From Chloroflexota bacterium (GTDB taxonomy: Bacteria; Chloroflexota; Anaerolineae; JAAYEA01): DNA of 64,000 nt. The notes under the pieces were generated by a model. The model did not search any database. It saw nothing but the letters and a program-made list of their open reading frames with translations, and was not told the origin of the DNA. The first letter of the stretch is position 1, and the number at the start of each line of letters is the position of its first letter. Both the position numbers and the translations under genes were made by a program. Shown here in pieces: positions 55,075 through 64,000 of the stretch. Location: the NCBI GenBank assembly GCA_036841525.1, contig DAITVZ010000011.1:534-64533 (forward strand), in the 5' to 3' direction.

Positions 55075-55992
55075 ATGTCGGGCGATCTGATCGAGACGCA
55101 GGGCTTGACCGTGTTCTATGGCAGCCATCGCGGCATCCGGGATGTGGACCTGACGGTGCGCCAGGGCGAGGTCTTTGGCTTCCTGGGGCCCAACGGCGCT
55201 GGCAAGACCACCACCATGCGCGTTCTCCTGGACATCATCCGGCCCACGCGCGGGCGCGCCAGCCTCTTCGGTCTCGACTGCCAGCGCGACGGGGTGGCCA
55301 TCCGCAAACGCGTGGCCTATGTCCCTGGCGAATTGGCGCTCTATGGCAACCTCACCGGGCGACGTTACCTGGACACCCTGGACCGTCTGCGCGGCCGCCG
55401 AGCAGCGCCCTTCTACCGCCGCGAGCTGTGCGACCGTCTCGGGCTGGACACGACGCGCCGCGTCGCCGAGTATTCCCAAGGCAACAAGAAGAAACTGAGC
55501 TTGGTGGCGGCCTTTATGGCCAAGCCCGACCTCCTCATCCTGGATGAGCCGACCGGCGGCCTCGACCCGCTGGTGCAACAGACGGTGTTGAGAATGGTGC
55601 AAGAGGCGCGGCGCGAAGGGCGCACGGTCTTTTTCTCCTCTCATATCCTCTCCGAAGTGCAGGCCATCTCTGACCGGGTAGGCATCATCCGCGAGGGGCG
55701 GCTGGTGACCGTGGAGCGCGTGGACGATCTGACCGCGCAGCCCTTCCATCGCCTGAGGCTGTCCTTTGCCCAGCAGCCTCCTGCGGAGGCATTCCAGATC
55801 GCCGGCGTGACCGAGTTGGACCGTGAAGGGCCCAGCGTCCGCCTGGAAGTGCGCGAGAACCTCGCCGAGGTGATGCGCATAGCCGCGGCCATCGGCATCA
55901 CCGACATGGAGACGCAGCCTGTGACCCTGGAGGAGGTCTTTCTCGCCTACTATGGGGAGAAGGGAGTGGACCGACATGGACAGGGTGCTTAG
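55075..55992 (+). CDS. ABC transporter ATP-binding protein (ABC-2 exporter type)
   Basis: Walker A GPNGAGKTT is present, with the LSGG-like signature 'YSQGNKKKL' and Walker B LLILDEP. Confidence 0.85.
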   Translation: MSGDLIETQGLTVFYGSHRGIRDVDLTVRQGEVFGFLGPNGAGKTTTMRVLLDIIRPTRGRASLFGLDCQRDGVAIRKRVAYVPGELALYGNLTGRRYLDTLDRLRGRRAAPFYRRELCDRLGLDTTRRVAEYSQGNKKKLSLVAAFMAKPDLLILDEPTGGLDPLVQQTVLRMVQEARREGRTVFFSSHILSEVQAISDRVGIIREGRLVTVERVDDLTAQPFHRLRLSFAQQPPAEAFQIAGVTELDREGPSVRLEVRENLAEVMRIAAAIGITDMETQPVTLEEVFLAYYGEKGVDRHGQGA

Positions 55993-56830
55993 CCTGCTGT
56001 GGAAAGAACTGCGCGAGCGGCGCGGCGCGATTCTGTGGTGGGGACTCGGCCTGGCCGTCTTTGGCTACGTCGTCCTTTACCTCTACCCATCTCTGGCGGA
56101 CCAGATGGCAGCCATGGACATGCCGGAGGTCTACCAGATGTTCGGGGACTTTAGCAACCTGGGCAAGCTGAAAAACTATCTCGCCGTGGAGGCCTTTGAC
56201 GTCATGTTGGTGCTGACGCTGGGCTTTTACGCGGCATTGACGGGGTCGGGCGCTCTCGCCGGAGAGGAAGAAACGGGCACGCTCGAGACGCTCCTGGCGC
56301 TGCCTCTGGCGCGCTGGCACGTGGTCATCGCCAAGGTGGCGGCTCTGGGGCTGACCCTGGCGGCTCTCCTGGTGATCATGGCGGCCGGGCTGTCCCTGGG
56401 CCTAAATCACGTCGCCAGCCAGAGGCCGGTCGAGTACGACGCTCTGGACATGCTCTGGGCCAGCCTCAACGTCTGGCCCATCCTCATGTTCTATGGCACG
56501 CTGGGCCTCTTCCTGGGAGCCTATCTGCCCTCGCGCGGCCTGGCTTCGTCGGTGACTGCGGCGCTCCTCGTCGTGAGCTACCTGGTCAACAACCTGGGCC
56601 GGTTGGTCGATGTGGTCCGGCCATATCGGCCCTACTCGCCGCTTTACCACTATTCGAGCACCGCTGTGCTGGACGGGCGGGTCGTCTGGTCCGACGAGTT
56701 GCTCATCTTGGGCTTCACCCTGCTCTGGGTCGTGCTGGCCCTGCTCAGCTTTCAGCGACGGGATGTCACTGTGCACATCTGGCCGTGGCAGCGCCTGTCC
56801 GCCAGGCGCCGCGCTGCCCAACGGGAGTGA
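55976..56830 (+). CDS. ABC-2 family transporter permease
   Basis: The gene overlaps the ATPase gene. Six TM segments are predicted. Confidence 0.7.
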   Translation: MDRVLSLLWKELRERRGAILWWGLGLAVFGYVVLYLYPSLADQMAAMDMPEVYQMFGDFSNLGKLKNYLAVEAFDVMLVLTLGFYAALTGSGALAGEEETGTLETLLALPLARWHVVIAKVAALGLTLAALLVIMAAGLSLGLNHVASQRPVEYDALDMLWASLNVWPILMFYGTLGLFLGAYLPSRGLASSVTAALLVVSYLVNNLGRLVDVVRPYRPYSPLYHYSSTAVLDGRVVWSDELLILGFTLLWVVLALLSFQRRDVTVHIWPWQRLSARRRAAQRE

Positions 56831-56837
56831 GAACGAC

Positions 56838-57638
56838 ATGACGCGAGCGACGCAAGATGGCCTTGCCGAGCAGTACCGCGACGACCGCAACCTGAACGCC
56901 CGGCTGGCGCTGCACCAGCGTTTCAGCGTCAACCGCTACGGCTGGCAGCCGTGGCTCTTCGATCAACTCGCCTTTCCCAGCCAGGCGCGCATCCTGGAGG
57001 TGGGCTGCGGCCCCGGCGACCTCTGGCGTCGCAACGCCTCGCGCATCCCGGCCGGGTGGCGGCTCCTGCTAACGGACCTCTCCGCGGGCATGGCGGCCGC
57101 GGCGCGGCGTAACCTCGCCGAGCAGGTGGGGGTTATGGCAGTTGGTGTCGCCGATGCGCAGGATCTGCCTTTTTGCAGCGCGTCTTTCGACGCCGTGATC
57201 GCCAACCACATGCTCTACCATGTGCCGGATCGCTCTCGGGCGCTGGCCGAACTGGCGCGGGCTCTGCGTCCCGGCGGCTGTCTGGTCGCGGCAACCAACG
57301 GCGAGCGGAACATGGCCGAGTTGGGAACCCTGGTGCGCGGCTTCGATCCCACCATCCGATGGGAGCAGTACGCCGCCGGCTTTACCCTCCAGAACGGCGC
57401 GGCCCAGCTCGCGCCCTGGTTCGCGCGTGTGGAGCGCCTGATCTATGAGGATGGCCTGGTCATCACCGAGGCCGAGCCCTTGGTGGCCTACGTCCTTTCG
57501 ATGCAGGGCAATGCCACTCAGCGCCTGTCCGGCGACCAGGCCGCCGCCTTTGCGGATTATGTGCAGCGAATCCTGGCGCGCGATGGCGCCATTCGCATTG
57601 GCAAAGAGGCTGGGATGTTTCGCGCCTGGCGCAGTTGA
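56838..57638 (+). CDS. class I SAM-dependent methyltransferase
   Basis: The SAM motif I, ILEVGCGPGDL, is present. Confidence 0.7.
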   Translation: MTRATQDGLAEQYRDDRNLNARLALHQRFSVNRYGWQPWLFDQLAFPSQARILEVGCGPGDLWRRNASRIPAGWRLLLTDLSAGMAAAARRNLAEQVGVMAVGVADAQDLPFCSASFDAVIANHMLYHVPDRSRALAELARALRPGGCLVAATNGERNMAELGTLVRGFDPTIRWEQYAAGFTLQNGAAQLAPWFARVERLIYEDGLVITEAEPLVAYVLSMQGNATQRLSGDQAAAFADYVQRILARDGAIRIGKEAGMFRAWRS

Positions 57639-57648
57639 GGAGCGCATC

Positions 57649-58500
57649 ATGGATCTACTGGATATCGTGCGGCGCGATCCGCGCCCGGAGCCGTGGGGCG
57701 AGGGGGATAACATCCCCTGGCACGAGCCCGCCTTTTCCGCGCGGATGCTCCGGGAGCACCTCTCTCAGGCCCATGACGCGGCCAGTCGCCGCCTGCCCAA
57801 GGTGCAGGCCCACGTGGCCTGGATCCACAGCCACGTGCTGGGAGGCCAGCCGGCGCGCATCCTGGACCTCGGCTGCGGCCCCGGCCTCTATAGCAGCCGC
57901 CTGGCGCAGATGGGCCACTCCTGCCTGGGCATCGACTACTCGCCGGCTTCCGTCGCTTACGCCAGGGAGACGGCCGCGCGCGAGGGTCTGGACTGCACCT
58001 ACCGCCTGGAAGACATGCGCGCCGCCGACTATGGTCGGGGCTTTGGGCTGGCCATGTTGCTCTATGGCGAGCTGAACGTTTTTCGCCCGGAGGATGCACG
58101 CGGGATCCTCTCCAAGGCCTGGCAGGCCCTGATTCCCGGCGGGCAGCTCCTGCTGGAGCCTTCCACCGAACAGGGACTCCGGCGAGCCGAGCCCGGGGGC
58201 CGCCGATGGTTCACCAGCGAGAGCGGGCTATTCGGGGAGCGCCCATACCTCCGCCTGCAAGAGACCCTCTGGTCCACTGACGGCCAGACCGTGACCGTCC
58301 GCCACTATGTCATAGACGCCGCCAGCGGAGAGGTGACGCGCTACGCCCAGACCCTGCAAGCATACGCCGAAGGGGCCTACCGCGAGCTGTTGGAGAGTTG
58401 TGGGTTCGGCGATATCATTTGCTATCCCTCGCTATTGGGCAAAGACGACCCGGAGCAGCCTGACTTTGTGGCGCTCGTCGCCCGCAAGCCACAGGATTGA
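57649..58500 (+). CDS. class I SAM-dependent methyltransferase
   Basis: The SAM motif I, ILDLGCGPGLY, is present. Confidence 0.7.
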   Translation: MDLLDIVRRDPRPEPWGEGDNIPWHEPAFSARMLREHLSQAHDAASRRLPKVQAHVAWIHSHVLGGQPARILDLGCGPGLYSSRLAQMGHSCLGIDYSPASVAYARETAAREGLDCTYRLEDMRAADYGRGFGLAMLLYGELNVFRPEDARGILSKAWQALIPGGQLLLEPSTEQGLRRAEPGGRRWFTSESGLFGERPYLRLQETLWSTDGQTVTVRHYVIDAASGEVTRYAQTLQAYAEGAYRELLESCGFGDIICYPSLLGKDDPEQPDFVALVARKPQD

Positions 58501-58520
58501 TGAATGGAGGAGCGATCATC

Positions 58521-59102
58521 GTGATGATGCTGGACAGATTGCTTCATGGCCCGCGGGTCTACCTGGCCCCGCTGACCTCTCGTGACCTGCCGACGATGGC
58601 CCAGTGGTACCAAGACTCGGGTTTCCTGCGCCTCTTTGACGCCGACCCGGCCTATCCGCGCGCCGAGTCCGAGCTGACGGAGTGGCTGGACAAGGCGCGC
58701 CGGGGCGGGGATAGCTATGCCTTTGGCATCCGCTTGATCGACCGCAACGAACTGATCGGCCTGATCGAACTGGACGAGATCTCCTGGTCCAATGGGGTCT
58801 GCGGCCTGGCCATCGCCATCGGCGAGCGGGGATACTGGCGCAAGGGGTACGGGCAGGAGGCGGCGCGGCTGGCGCTGGGCTTTGCCTTTGGCGAGCTGAA
58901 CCTGCACCGCGTTCAGGCGACGATCCTGGGCTATAACGAGCGCTCCATCCGCATGTTCGAGCGGCTGGGCTTCAGGCGCGAGGGGACCTTCCGCGAGTTC
59001 CTGCACCGCGATGGGCAGCGCCACGACATGCACCTCTATGGCCTGCTGCGCCCCGAGTGGGAGGCCCGGCCGCCCGAGGCGCCGGACGGCCAGGCCCACT
59101 AG
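58521..59102 (+). CDS. GNAT family N-acetyltransferase (RimJ/RimL-like)
   Basis: GGAGGA SD. GTG/ATG start at 58521-58524. A GNAT fold is present. Confidence 0.6.
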   Translation: MMMLDRLLHGPRVYLAPLTSRDLPTMAQWYQDSGFLRLFDADPAYPRAESELTEWLDKARRGGDSYAFGIRLIDRNELIGLIELDEISWSNGVCGLAIAIGERGYWRKGYGQEAARLALGFAFGELNLHRVQATILGYNERSIRMFERLGFRREGTFREFLHRDGQRHDMHLYGLLRPEWEARPPEAPDGQAH

Positions 59103-59111
59103 GCCGCGGAG

Positions 59112-59942
59112 CTAACCGTACTTGCGCACATAGGCCGCGTTCAGCGCCGCCTGATCCTCGTATTCGGGGTACATCCCCACGATCACCGCGTCGGTGGCCT
59201 TGATCTGTCCCAGCGTGGAGGCGAATGCCTGCTCCACCTGCACCTGGTCCTCGCACAGCCGCCCCGCTGCCAGCAGCTTGAACGCCAAGCAAGGCTTGTC
59301 GGATCGGCGAATCGCCGCCAGCATCCGCGCCGGGTCGCCCGCGAGAAACACCTTTTTCGGCGGCTCTGGCGGATTCGGCATGATGGTCTTGATGTCTTGC
59401 TCGCTGCGGGTGACCTGGTACAGGCAGCACATGAAAAAGTCCACGTCCCATCCCTCATCCAGGACGTGATCCAGCACCACCGGCATGTGCATGGAGACGC
59501 CGACCATGGCCCCACTGTCGCGCACCTTTTTGCAGAACTCGCGCACCTCATTGATCCGCCCCTGTTTCCACAGCGAGTCGGTGACGCCGCCATGGTGGGC
59601 GATGGCGATGGCGCCGGCATCGGCCAGCCGCCGGACCAGGTGCGGGTCCTTGTCGGTCTCTTGCGCCAGCGAGATGAACTGCATCTTGCCGCCCTGCTCG
59701 CGGAAGGCCCTCAGCACGTCCAGGTTGACCGCCGTCGCCTGCCAGGTGTTGATGCCCAGCCCCTGGGCCCGCCACAGCAGCTCGAGGATCCGCTCCTGGG
59801 TAAAGTAGCGCCGCATCTGGTTATCCAGGAAGCGCGAGAGGTGCGAGATGGCATTGCACGGATTGGAGCCCAGGATCAGCCTCGAAATGGTGTAGGGGCC
59901 AAAGGGCACCTGCGGCATGTCCGGGCGAATCGGTTGGTTCAT
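59112..59942 (-). CDS. hypothetical protein, last gene of the uronate operon
   Basis: GGAGG SD. The start at MNQPIRP is assumed. No recognisable domain. Confidence 0.45.
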   Translation of the reverse strand: MNQPIRPDMPQVPFGPYTISRLILGSNPCNAISHLSRFLDNQMRRYFTQERILELLWRAQGLGINTWQATAVNLDVLRAFREQGGKMQFISLAQETDKDPHLVRRLADAGAIAIAHHGGVTDSLWKQGRINEVREFCKKVRDSGAMVGVSMHMPVVLDHVLDEGWDVDFFMCCLYQVTRSEQDIKTIMPNPPEPPKKVFLAGDPARMLAAIRRSDKPCLAFKLLAAGRLCEDQVQVEQAFASTLGQIKATDAVIVGMYPEYEDQAALNAAYVRKYG

Positions 59943-59972
59943 GAGCGCCTCCACAAAGCGGATGGGTTACGG

Positions 59973-61106
59973 TCAGTCAAAGGAAGGGATCGCGACCAGC
60001 GCTCCGCCCGCCATGGCCGATTCGTGCGCGCAGATGCCCGCCGCCGTCCAGTTGGCCGCGGTGATGGCGTCGACCCGGGGCCGGCGCCGCTCGACGATGC
60101 TGCGCACGAACTCGTGCACGAGGTGCGGGTGCGAGCCATGATGGCCGCCTCCCTGCTCAAAGGACAGATGCCGCTCATCCTCGCCATAGACAAAGCGCCG
60201 GGTGTAGCGCCCCACCGCCGGCGGCAGCAGGTCGGCATGGTCGGGCGGCGCCGGGCGCTCGACCGTCACCGCGCGCTTGTCCCCCGGGCGAACCGGGCTC
60301 ATCTGGAAGAGGAGCGGATCCTCGTTCTCCATCTGCCACTCATAGCAGGCGTCCTCGCCATAGATGGCAAAGCTCTCCATGTACGGGCGGGCGCAATGAA
60401 AGAGCGAGCGCGTCACTTCCGCGGCCAGCCCTGGCTCGGCCAACCGATAGAGAGCCGTCTCGATGGGATAGGGGTTGCCGTAGGGCTCGCGCAGCTCGGG
60501 GCGCATCTGGCCGGAGCCAAGACAGTGAACCTGGGCCGCGCGAGTCCCAGCGAGAGCCAAAAGCGGCGCGATCGCGTGGGTGGCATACCACATCGGCGGC
60601 AGGCCCGCCCAGTACGGTGGCCAGCGCTCCATATCCTGATAGTGGGCGCCGCGCAGGAACTGGATGCGGCCAAAGGCGCCCTGCGCCTTCAGCTCCTGAG
60701 CATAGAGGAACTGCCGCGTGTACACGGCGGTCTCCATCATCATATAGTTGCGACCTGAGGAGCGCTGGGCGGCGATGATGGCCTGGAGATCGGCGATGCT
60801 CGTCGCCATGGGCACGGTCGAGGCGCAGTGCTTGCCGGACCCCAGCACGGCGACGGCCTGCCGAGCGTGGTCGGGAATGCCAGAGACCAGATGCACGGCG
60901 TCGATCTCGGCCGAGGCGATCACCTGCTCGATATCCGCCATCCGCCGCCGGACGCCGAAGCGGTCGCCGATGCGAGAGAGGCGCGCGCCGTCCTGATCGC
61001 AGATCGTGACGGCGCGCACGTCCGGATGGTCCAGGTAGATCGGGACGAACTCGGCGCCGAAACCAAGCCCCACCACCGCCACATGCAGGCCCTTGCTCGC
61101 GCCCAT
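59973..61106 (-). CDS. Gfo/Idh/MocA family oxidoreductase
   Basis: The N-terminus LHVAVVGLGFGAEF forms a Rossmann fold. Confidence 0.7.
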   Translation of the reverse strand: MGASKGLHVAVVGLGFGAEFVPIYLDHPDVRAVTICDQDGARLSRIGDRFGVRRRMADIEQVIASAEIDAVHLVSGIPDHARQAVAVLGSGKHCASTVPMATSIADLQAIIAAQRSSGRNYMMMETAVYTRQFLYAQELKAQGAFGRIQFLRGAHYQDMERWPPYWAGLPPMWYATHAIAPLLALAGTRAAQVHCLGSGQMRPELREPYGNPYPIETALYRLAEPGLAAEVTRSLFHCARPYMESFAIYGEDACYEWQMENEDPLLFQMSPVRPGDKRAVTVERPAPPDHADLLPPAVGRYTRRFVYGEDERHLSFEQGGGHHGSHPHLVHEFVRSIVERRRPRVDAITAANWTAAGICAHESAMAGGALVAIPSFD

Positions 61107-61126
61107 CTCGCCGTCCTTTCGCCCGG

Positions 61127-61945
61127 CTAGTGCCCCAGTTCTTTCAGCAGCGGGACCGTCTTGTTGACCCAGCCCAGCGCGGCGTCATCCAGGGTGGCCT
61201 GGATGCGATGCTCGCCCGCCAGGAACCAGAGGTAATAGGTCATATACCCGGGCGCGCTGACCACCGTGTGATAGCCTTTGGGAGCCATCAGGATGGTGTT
61301 GTCGCGCACCGTATAGTTCTCCTCCACCCCGTCGCTGTTATAGTAGCGGCAGATGCCAAAACCCTCCCCGGGCGAGACGCGGAAGAAATAGTCCTCTTCG
61401 TGCGCCGCCTCGCGCGGCAGGTCCTCCACCTCGTGCCGGTGCGGCGGGAAGGTGCTCCAGTTGCCGCTGGGCGTGAACGTCTCGCCCACGATCAGCCGCC
61501 GGGCCGGCAGCTCTGGCTGCCCGGCCAGGGTGAGGATCTGGTTGAAGTAGCGCTTGAAGTTGGCCGCGCCCCAAATGCCGCTGGTTACCTTGTCCGGGCC
61601 GATGACGTACGGCTCGGCCTTCAGGTCGCTCGGCGCGCTGGGCAGGGCGATCTCCACGGCGCTCTCCGCCTTGATCGTATAGCTGGCCCCCGCCGGAAGA
61701 TAGACCGAGTGCGGCTTGCCCGCAAAGACGTTGGGCCGCCCGCCGACCTTTTCGAAACGCTTCCCAGCCACCTCAAAGGTCGCCTTGCCGCCCAGGATCA
61801 CCGCCAGCACCTCGCGGTCGCCGGTCTTGCCGGAGAAGGACTCTCCTGCCGAAAGCTTGAGCAGGTCAAACCCCAGCAGCCTGCAGGGGTTATGGGGCAG
61901 GCCATTCAGCCCATTGTTGGCGCTGAGCGTCGCAAAGTACTTCAT
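61127..61945 (-). CDS. KduI/IolB family cupin sugar isomerase (5-keto-4-deoxyuronate / 5-deoxy-glucuronate isomerase-like)
   Basis: AAGGAGG SD. The family-typical 'FPPHRHE...EE.YFF' metal site is present. Confidence 0.6.
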   Translation of the reverse strand: MKYFATLSANNGLNGLPHNPCRLLGFDLLKLSAGESFSGKTGDREVLAVILGGKATFEVAGKRFEKVGGRPNVFAGKPHSVYLPAGASYTIKAESAVEIALPSAPSDLKAEPYVIGPDKVTSGIWGAANFKRYFNQILTLAGQPELPARRLIVGETFTPSGNWSTFPPHRHEVEDLPREAAHEEDYFFRVSPGEGFGICRYYNSDGVEENYTVRDNTILMAPKGYHTVVSAPGYMTYYLWFLAGEHRIQATLDDAALGWVNKTVPLLKELGH

Positions 61946-61996
61946 GTCTCCTCCTTGCTAGTTATGTCGAGTTTCGCGCGGGCTCCTGTGCCCGTC

Positions 61997-63163
61997 CTAC
62001 GGCTCGACCATGTACAGGTTCACCTTGCCGCCCGCATCCGACGCATAGATGATCCGGCTGCCGTCCCAGCTCCAGGTAGGGTGGCAGTGGGAGCTCTGCG
62101 TGTGCCAGGAGGTGCCGTGGCTGCAAAGCACCCGCAGCTCGGGCTGCGCGCCCGAGATGTCGATGAGCACCAGGTCGTCCACGTCATCGCCCACCAGGAT
62201 GGTGTTGTCCGGATTGGCGTGATAGTGGTTGCAGTAATAGGGCATGTCGATGCGCTTGACCACCTTGCCCTTGCGGTCGGCCAGCCCGACGAAGGGGATC
62301 ATGGTGCTGGCCTTCACGGCGACTTCGGTGGCCACCGCCTGGGTGCGGCTCGAGGTGATGGTGCCGTCGTGGCCAGGGCCGCGGTCGTCGAAAAAGATGT
62401 AGCCGTCTTGCGTCCAGAACTCGTGCCCCACCGAGTCCTGCTCGTCCTGGCGAAAGCAGGGCTTGGCCTCGCGCGAGACGAAATCCAGCAGCCAGATGCG
62501 CTGCGTGACCAGGTGCCAGGGGCCCTCATGACAAAAGGTGGCGATGGTGCTATCGTCGGGGCAGAACTGGAAGTGGCCCAGCCAATGGGTATCCCGATGC
62601 ACGTCCAGGGCGCCGGAGCCGTCCAGGTAGGCCAGGGTGATGCGCCCATCCTTGACCAGGTAATAGCTCTCCTTGAACCCGGTATAGTTGGGCCCCCGCG
62701 GCACGTTCACCCTTTCGTTGCGGGCGAAGGCGATGTAACGCCGGTTGGCCGCGATGGAGGCCATCCCCACGGAAAAGTCGCCCGTCTCCTCATAGACCGG
62801 AGCGCTCTTGCCGGTGACGGTGTCCAGGCACTTGATCGTCTTGCCCACCGAATAGACCACCAGCCGGCTATCTGGGGTCTTGGTGACCCCGCCGACGGAC
62901 TGGGGCTCGTCGGTGAGCTGCACCGACTCGCCGGTTCCTAGGTCCATGCGGTAGACGTTATAGTGCGGCGCGTCTTGCGGCGCCTTGTCCTGCCCGCTCG
63001 CCCGGTCCGAGATATAGATGATCTCGTTCTTCTGGCTATCGAACGAGTTCTCGGTAAAGTAGAGGTGCACGTTGTTCCCGGTGGACGTCAGTTGGCGAAT
63101 GGTCCTGCCGGTCTTGGCGTCCTTGAACTCGCGCTGCTCTGATTTCCACTTGCGCCCGATCAT
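61997..63163 (-). CDS. oligogalacturonate lyase (PL22 family)
   Basis: The N-terminal 'FKDAKTGRTIRQLTS...NVHLYFTENSF' pattern and the ~388-aa beta-propeller size match the Ogl family. An ATGA overlap links it to the upstream gene. Confidence 0.65.
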   Translation of the reverse strand: MIGRKWKSEQREFKDAKTGRTIRQLTSTGNNVHLYFTENSFDSQKNEIIYISDRASGQDKAPQDAPHYNVYRMDLGTGESVQLTDEPQSVGGVTKTPDSRLVVYSVGKTIKCLDTVTGKSAPVYEETGDFSVGMASIAANRRYIAFARNERVNVPRGPNYTGFKESYYLVKDGRITLAYLDGSGALDVHRDTHWLGHFQFCPDDSTIATFCHEGPWHLVTQRIWLLDFVSREAKPCFRQDEQDSVGHEFWTQDGYIFFDDRGPGHDGTITSSRTQAVATEVAVKASTMIPFVGLADRKGKVVKRIDMPYYCNHYHANPDNTILVGDDVDDLVLIDISGAQPELRVLCSHGTSWHTQSSHCHPTWSWDGSRIIYASDAGGKVNLYMVEP

Positions 63164-64000
63164 GCGGTCTCATCCTCGCTTTTCTCGCTAGGTCCAGCCA
63201 CTTCCTCAGCCTTCTGGTCCCCGTCTCTGCCCACGGCGCCCAAGAAACCCGGCAGATCCAGCCCAGCCAGTTTGGCCACCTCGTGCATCGGCGGCAACAC
63301 CCCCACAAGGCTGCGGCCCAAACCCGAAAGGCCGCCCTCGCCGCTGCCGCCATCCCAGACCACCACCTTTTCTAGGGGCAGGTTCTGAATCGCCTGCGCC
63401 TGCACGCCGGCCACCTCGACCAGCTTCTCGATGACCAACAGCGCCGCGGCGCCGGAGGAGCCGCCAGCGGCCTTGACCAGCTCCAGGTAGCCCTGCGCCT
63501 TCGCGGCGAGCTGGGCCTCGATGCCCTTCGCCTCGGCCTGCATCCGCAAGAGGATGGCATCCGCCTCGCCCTGAGCGATCCGAATGAGTCGCTCGCGCTC
63601 GGCGTCCGCGGCGATCAGCACGCTCTCCCGATCGGCATTGGCGGGCACGACGATCTCGGCCTGCAGCCGGGCTTCCTCGCGCTTGGCGCGAGCCAACTCG
63701 GCCTCGCGCTGGGCGCTTTCCTCCGCCACGCGGATGCTGCCGTCGGCCACCCTTCCCGCCGACTGGGCCTTGCCGCGGGCCTCTTCCTCGGCCACGCGCT
63801 GCTGCGCCTCATAGGCGGCGCGCTTGGCCGCGTTCCCAGTCTCTACCTCCACCGCCTCGCGGTCGTACTGCGAGGTCACCTGCCGGCGGTCGCGGTCCGC
63901 TTCCTTCTCGCCGATCACCGCCGCCGCGTCTGCGGCAGCCACGGCACGACGGCGGTCGCGATCCCGCTCGGCCACGCCCGTCTTGCCCATCCGCTCCTGC
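63160..64000 (-). CDS. flotillin/band-7 (SPFH) family protein, C-terminal part; the N-terminus lies beyond the window edge
   Basis: The frame stays open to the edge. An EA-rich flotillin-type coiled-coil region is present (AEIVVPANADRESVLIAADAERERL...). Confidence 0.55.
   Translation of the reverse strand, partial: QERMGKTGVAERDRDRRRAVAAADAAAVIGEKEADRDRRQVTSQYDREAVEVETGNAAKRAAYEAQQRVAEEEARGKAQSAGRVADGSIRVAEESAQREAELARAKREEARLQAEIVVPANADRESVLIAADAERERLIRIAQGEADAILLRMQAEAKGIEAQLAAKAQGYLELVKAAGGSSGAAALLVIEKLVEVAGVQAQAIQNLPLEKVVVWDGGSGEGGLSGLGRSLVGVLPPMHEVAKLAGLDLPGFLGAVGRDGDQKAEEVAGPSEKSEDETA

Noticed and set aside
1-64000. Search for tRNA, rRNA, CRISPR, insertion-sequence or integrase signatures
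   Set aside because: Nothing in the window shows a tRNA cloverleaf with conserved T-loop GTTC, arrays of regularly spaced direct repeats, terminal inverted repeats, or transposase or recombinase motifs.

Overview
High-GC (~68-70%) bacterial chromosomal segment that is almost entirely coding. I call about 61 protein genes. I see no rRNA, tRNA, CRISPR array, transposase or integrase. Because the DNA is so GC-rich, the six-frame track contains many very long antisense 'shadow' ORFs (for example 2773..4740-, 18885..22076+, 50143..53268+ upstream part, 61130..62941+). I rejected these because a well-supported gene with recognisable motifs and a Shine-Dalgarno (SD) site lies on the opposite strand. 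The gene content is dominated by carbohydrate and sugar-acid catabolism: a GH116 beta-glucosidase, an enolase-superfamily dehydratase, Zn-alcohol dehydrogenase and SDR dehydrogenases, several Gfo/Idh/MocA oxidoreductases, an amidohydrolase-2 lactonase, a cytoplasmic sulfatase, a heparinase II/III-like protein, a PL22 oligogalacturonate lyase and a KduI/IolB isomerase. Mixed with these are cell-envelope genes (class A PBP, CapA), metal transporters (a P-type ATPase and a CDF), a tungsten-type aldehyde:ferredoxin oxidoreductase with its ferredoxin, a stand-alone B12-binding radical SAM enzyme next to a NarL-type two-component system, and an ABC-2 exporter followed by two SAM methyltransferases and a GNAT. 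Strong AAGGAGG-type SD sites and many near-consensus sigma-A promoters (TTGACA-16/17-TAGAAT or TATAAT) can be read directly. Taxonomy cannot be fixed from sequence alone (Chloroflexota, Deinococcota or Actinomycetota-like). The most unusual observations are these. (1) A perfect TTGACT-17-TATAAT promoter that drives an ~88-nt structured hairpin plus U-tract directly in front of the P-type ATPase; this is a candidate riboswitch/attenuator or sRNA. (2) A six-gene minus-strand operon that couples GH116 to a Zn-ADH, a URO-D-like protein and an enolase-family dehydratase. (3) A tungsten-type aldehyde:ferredoxin oxidoreductase (AOR) + ferredoxin operon with overlapping divergent promoters, embedded in a sugar-acid locus. 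(4) A 14-nt identical leader shared by two unrelated small-protein genes, one of them a lower-GC orphan gene with its own promoter, SD and terminator. (5) Three URO-D-like TIM-barrel paralogues placed in sugar contexts rather than tetrapyrrole contexts.
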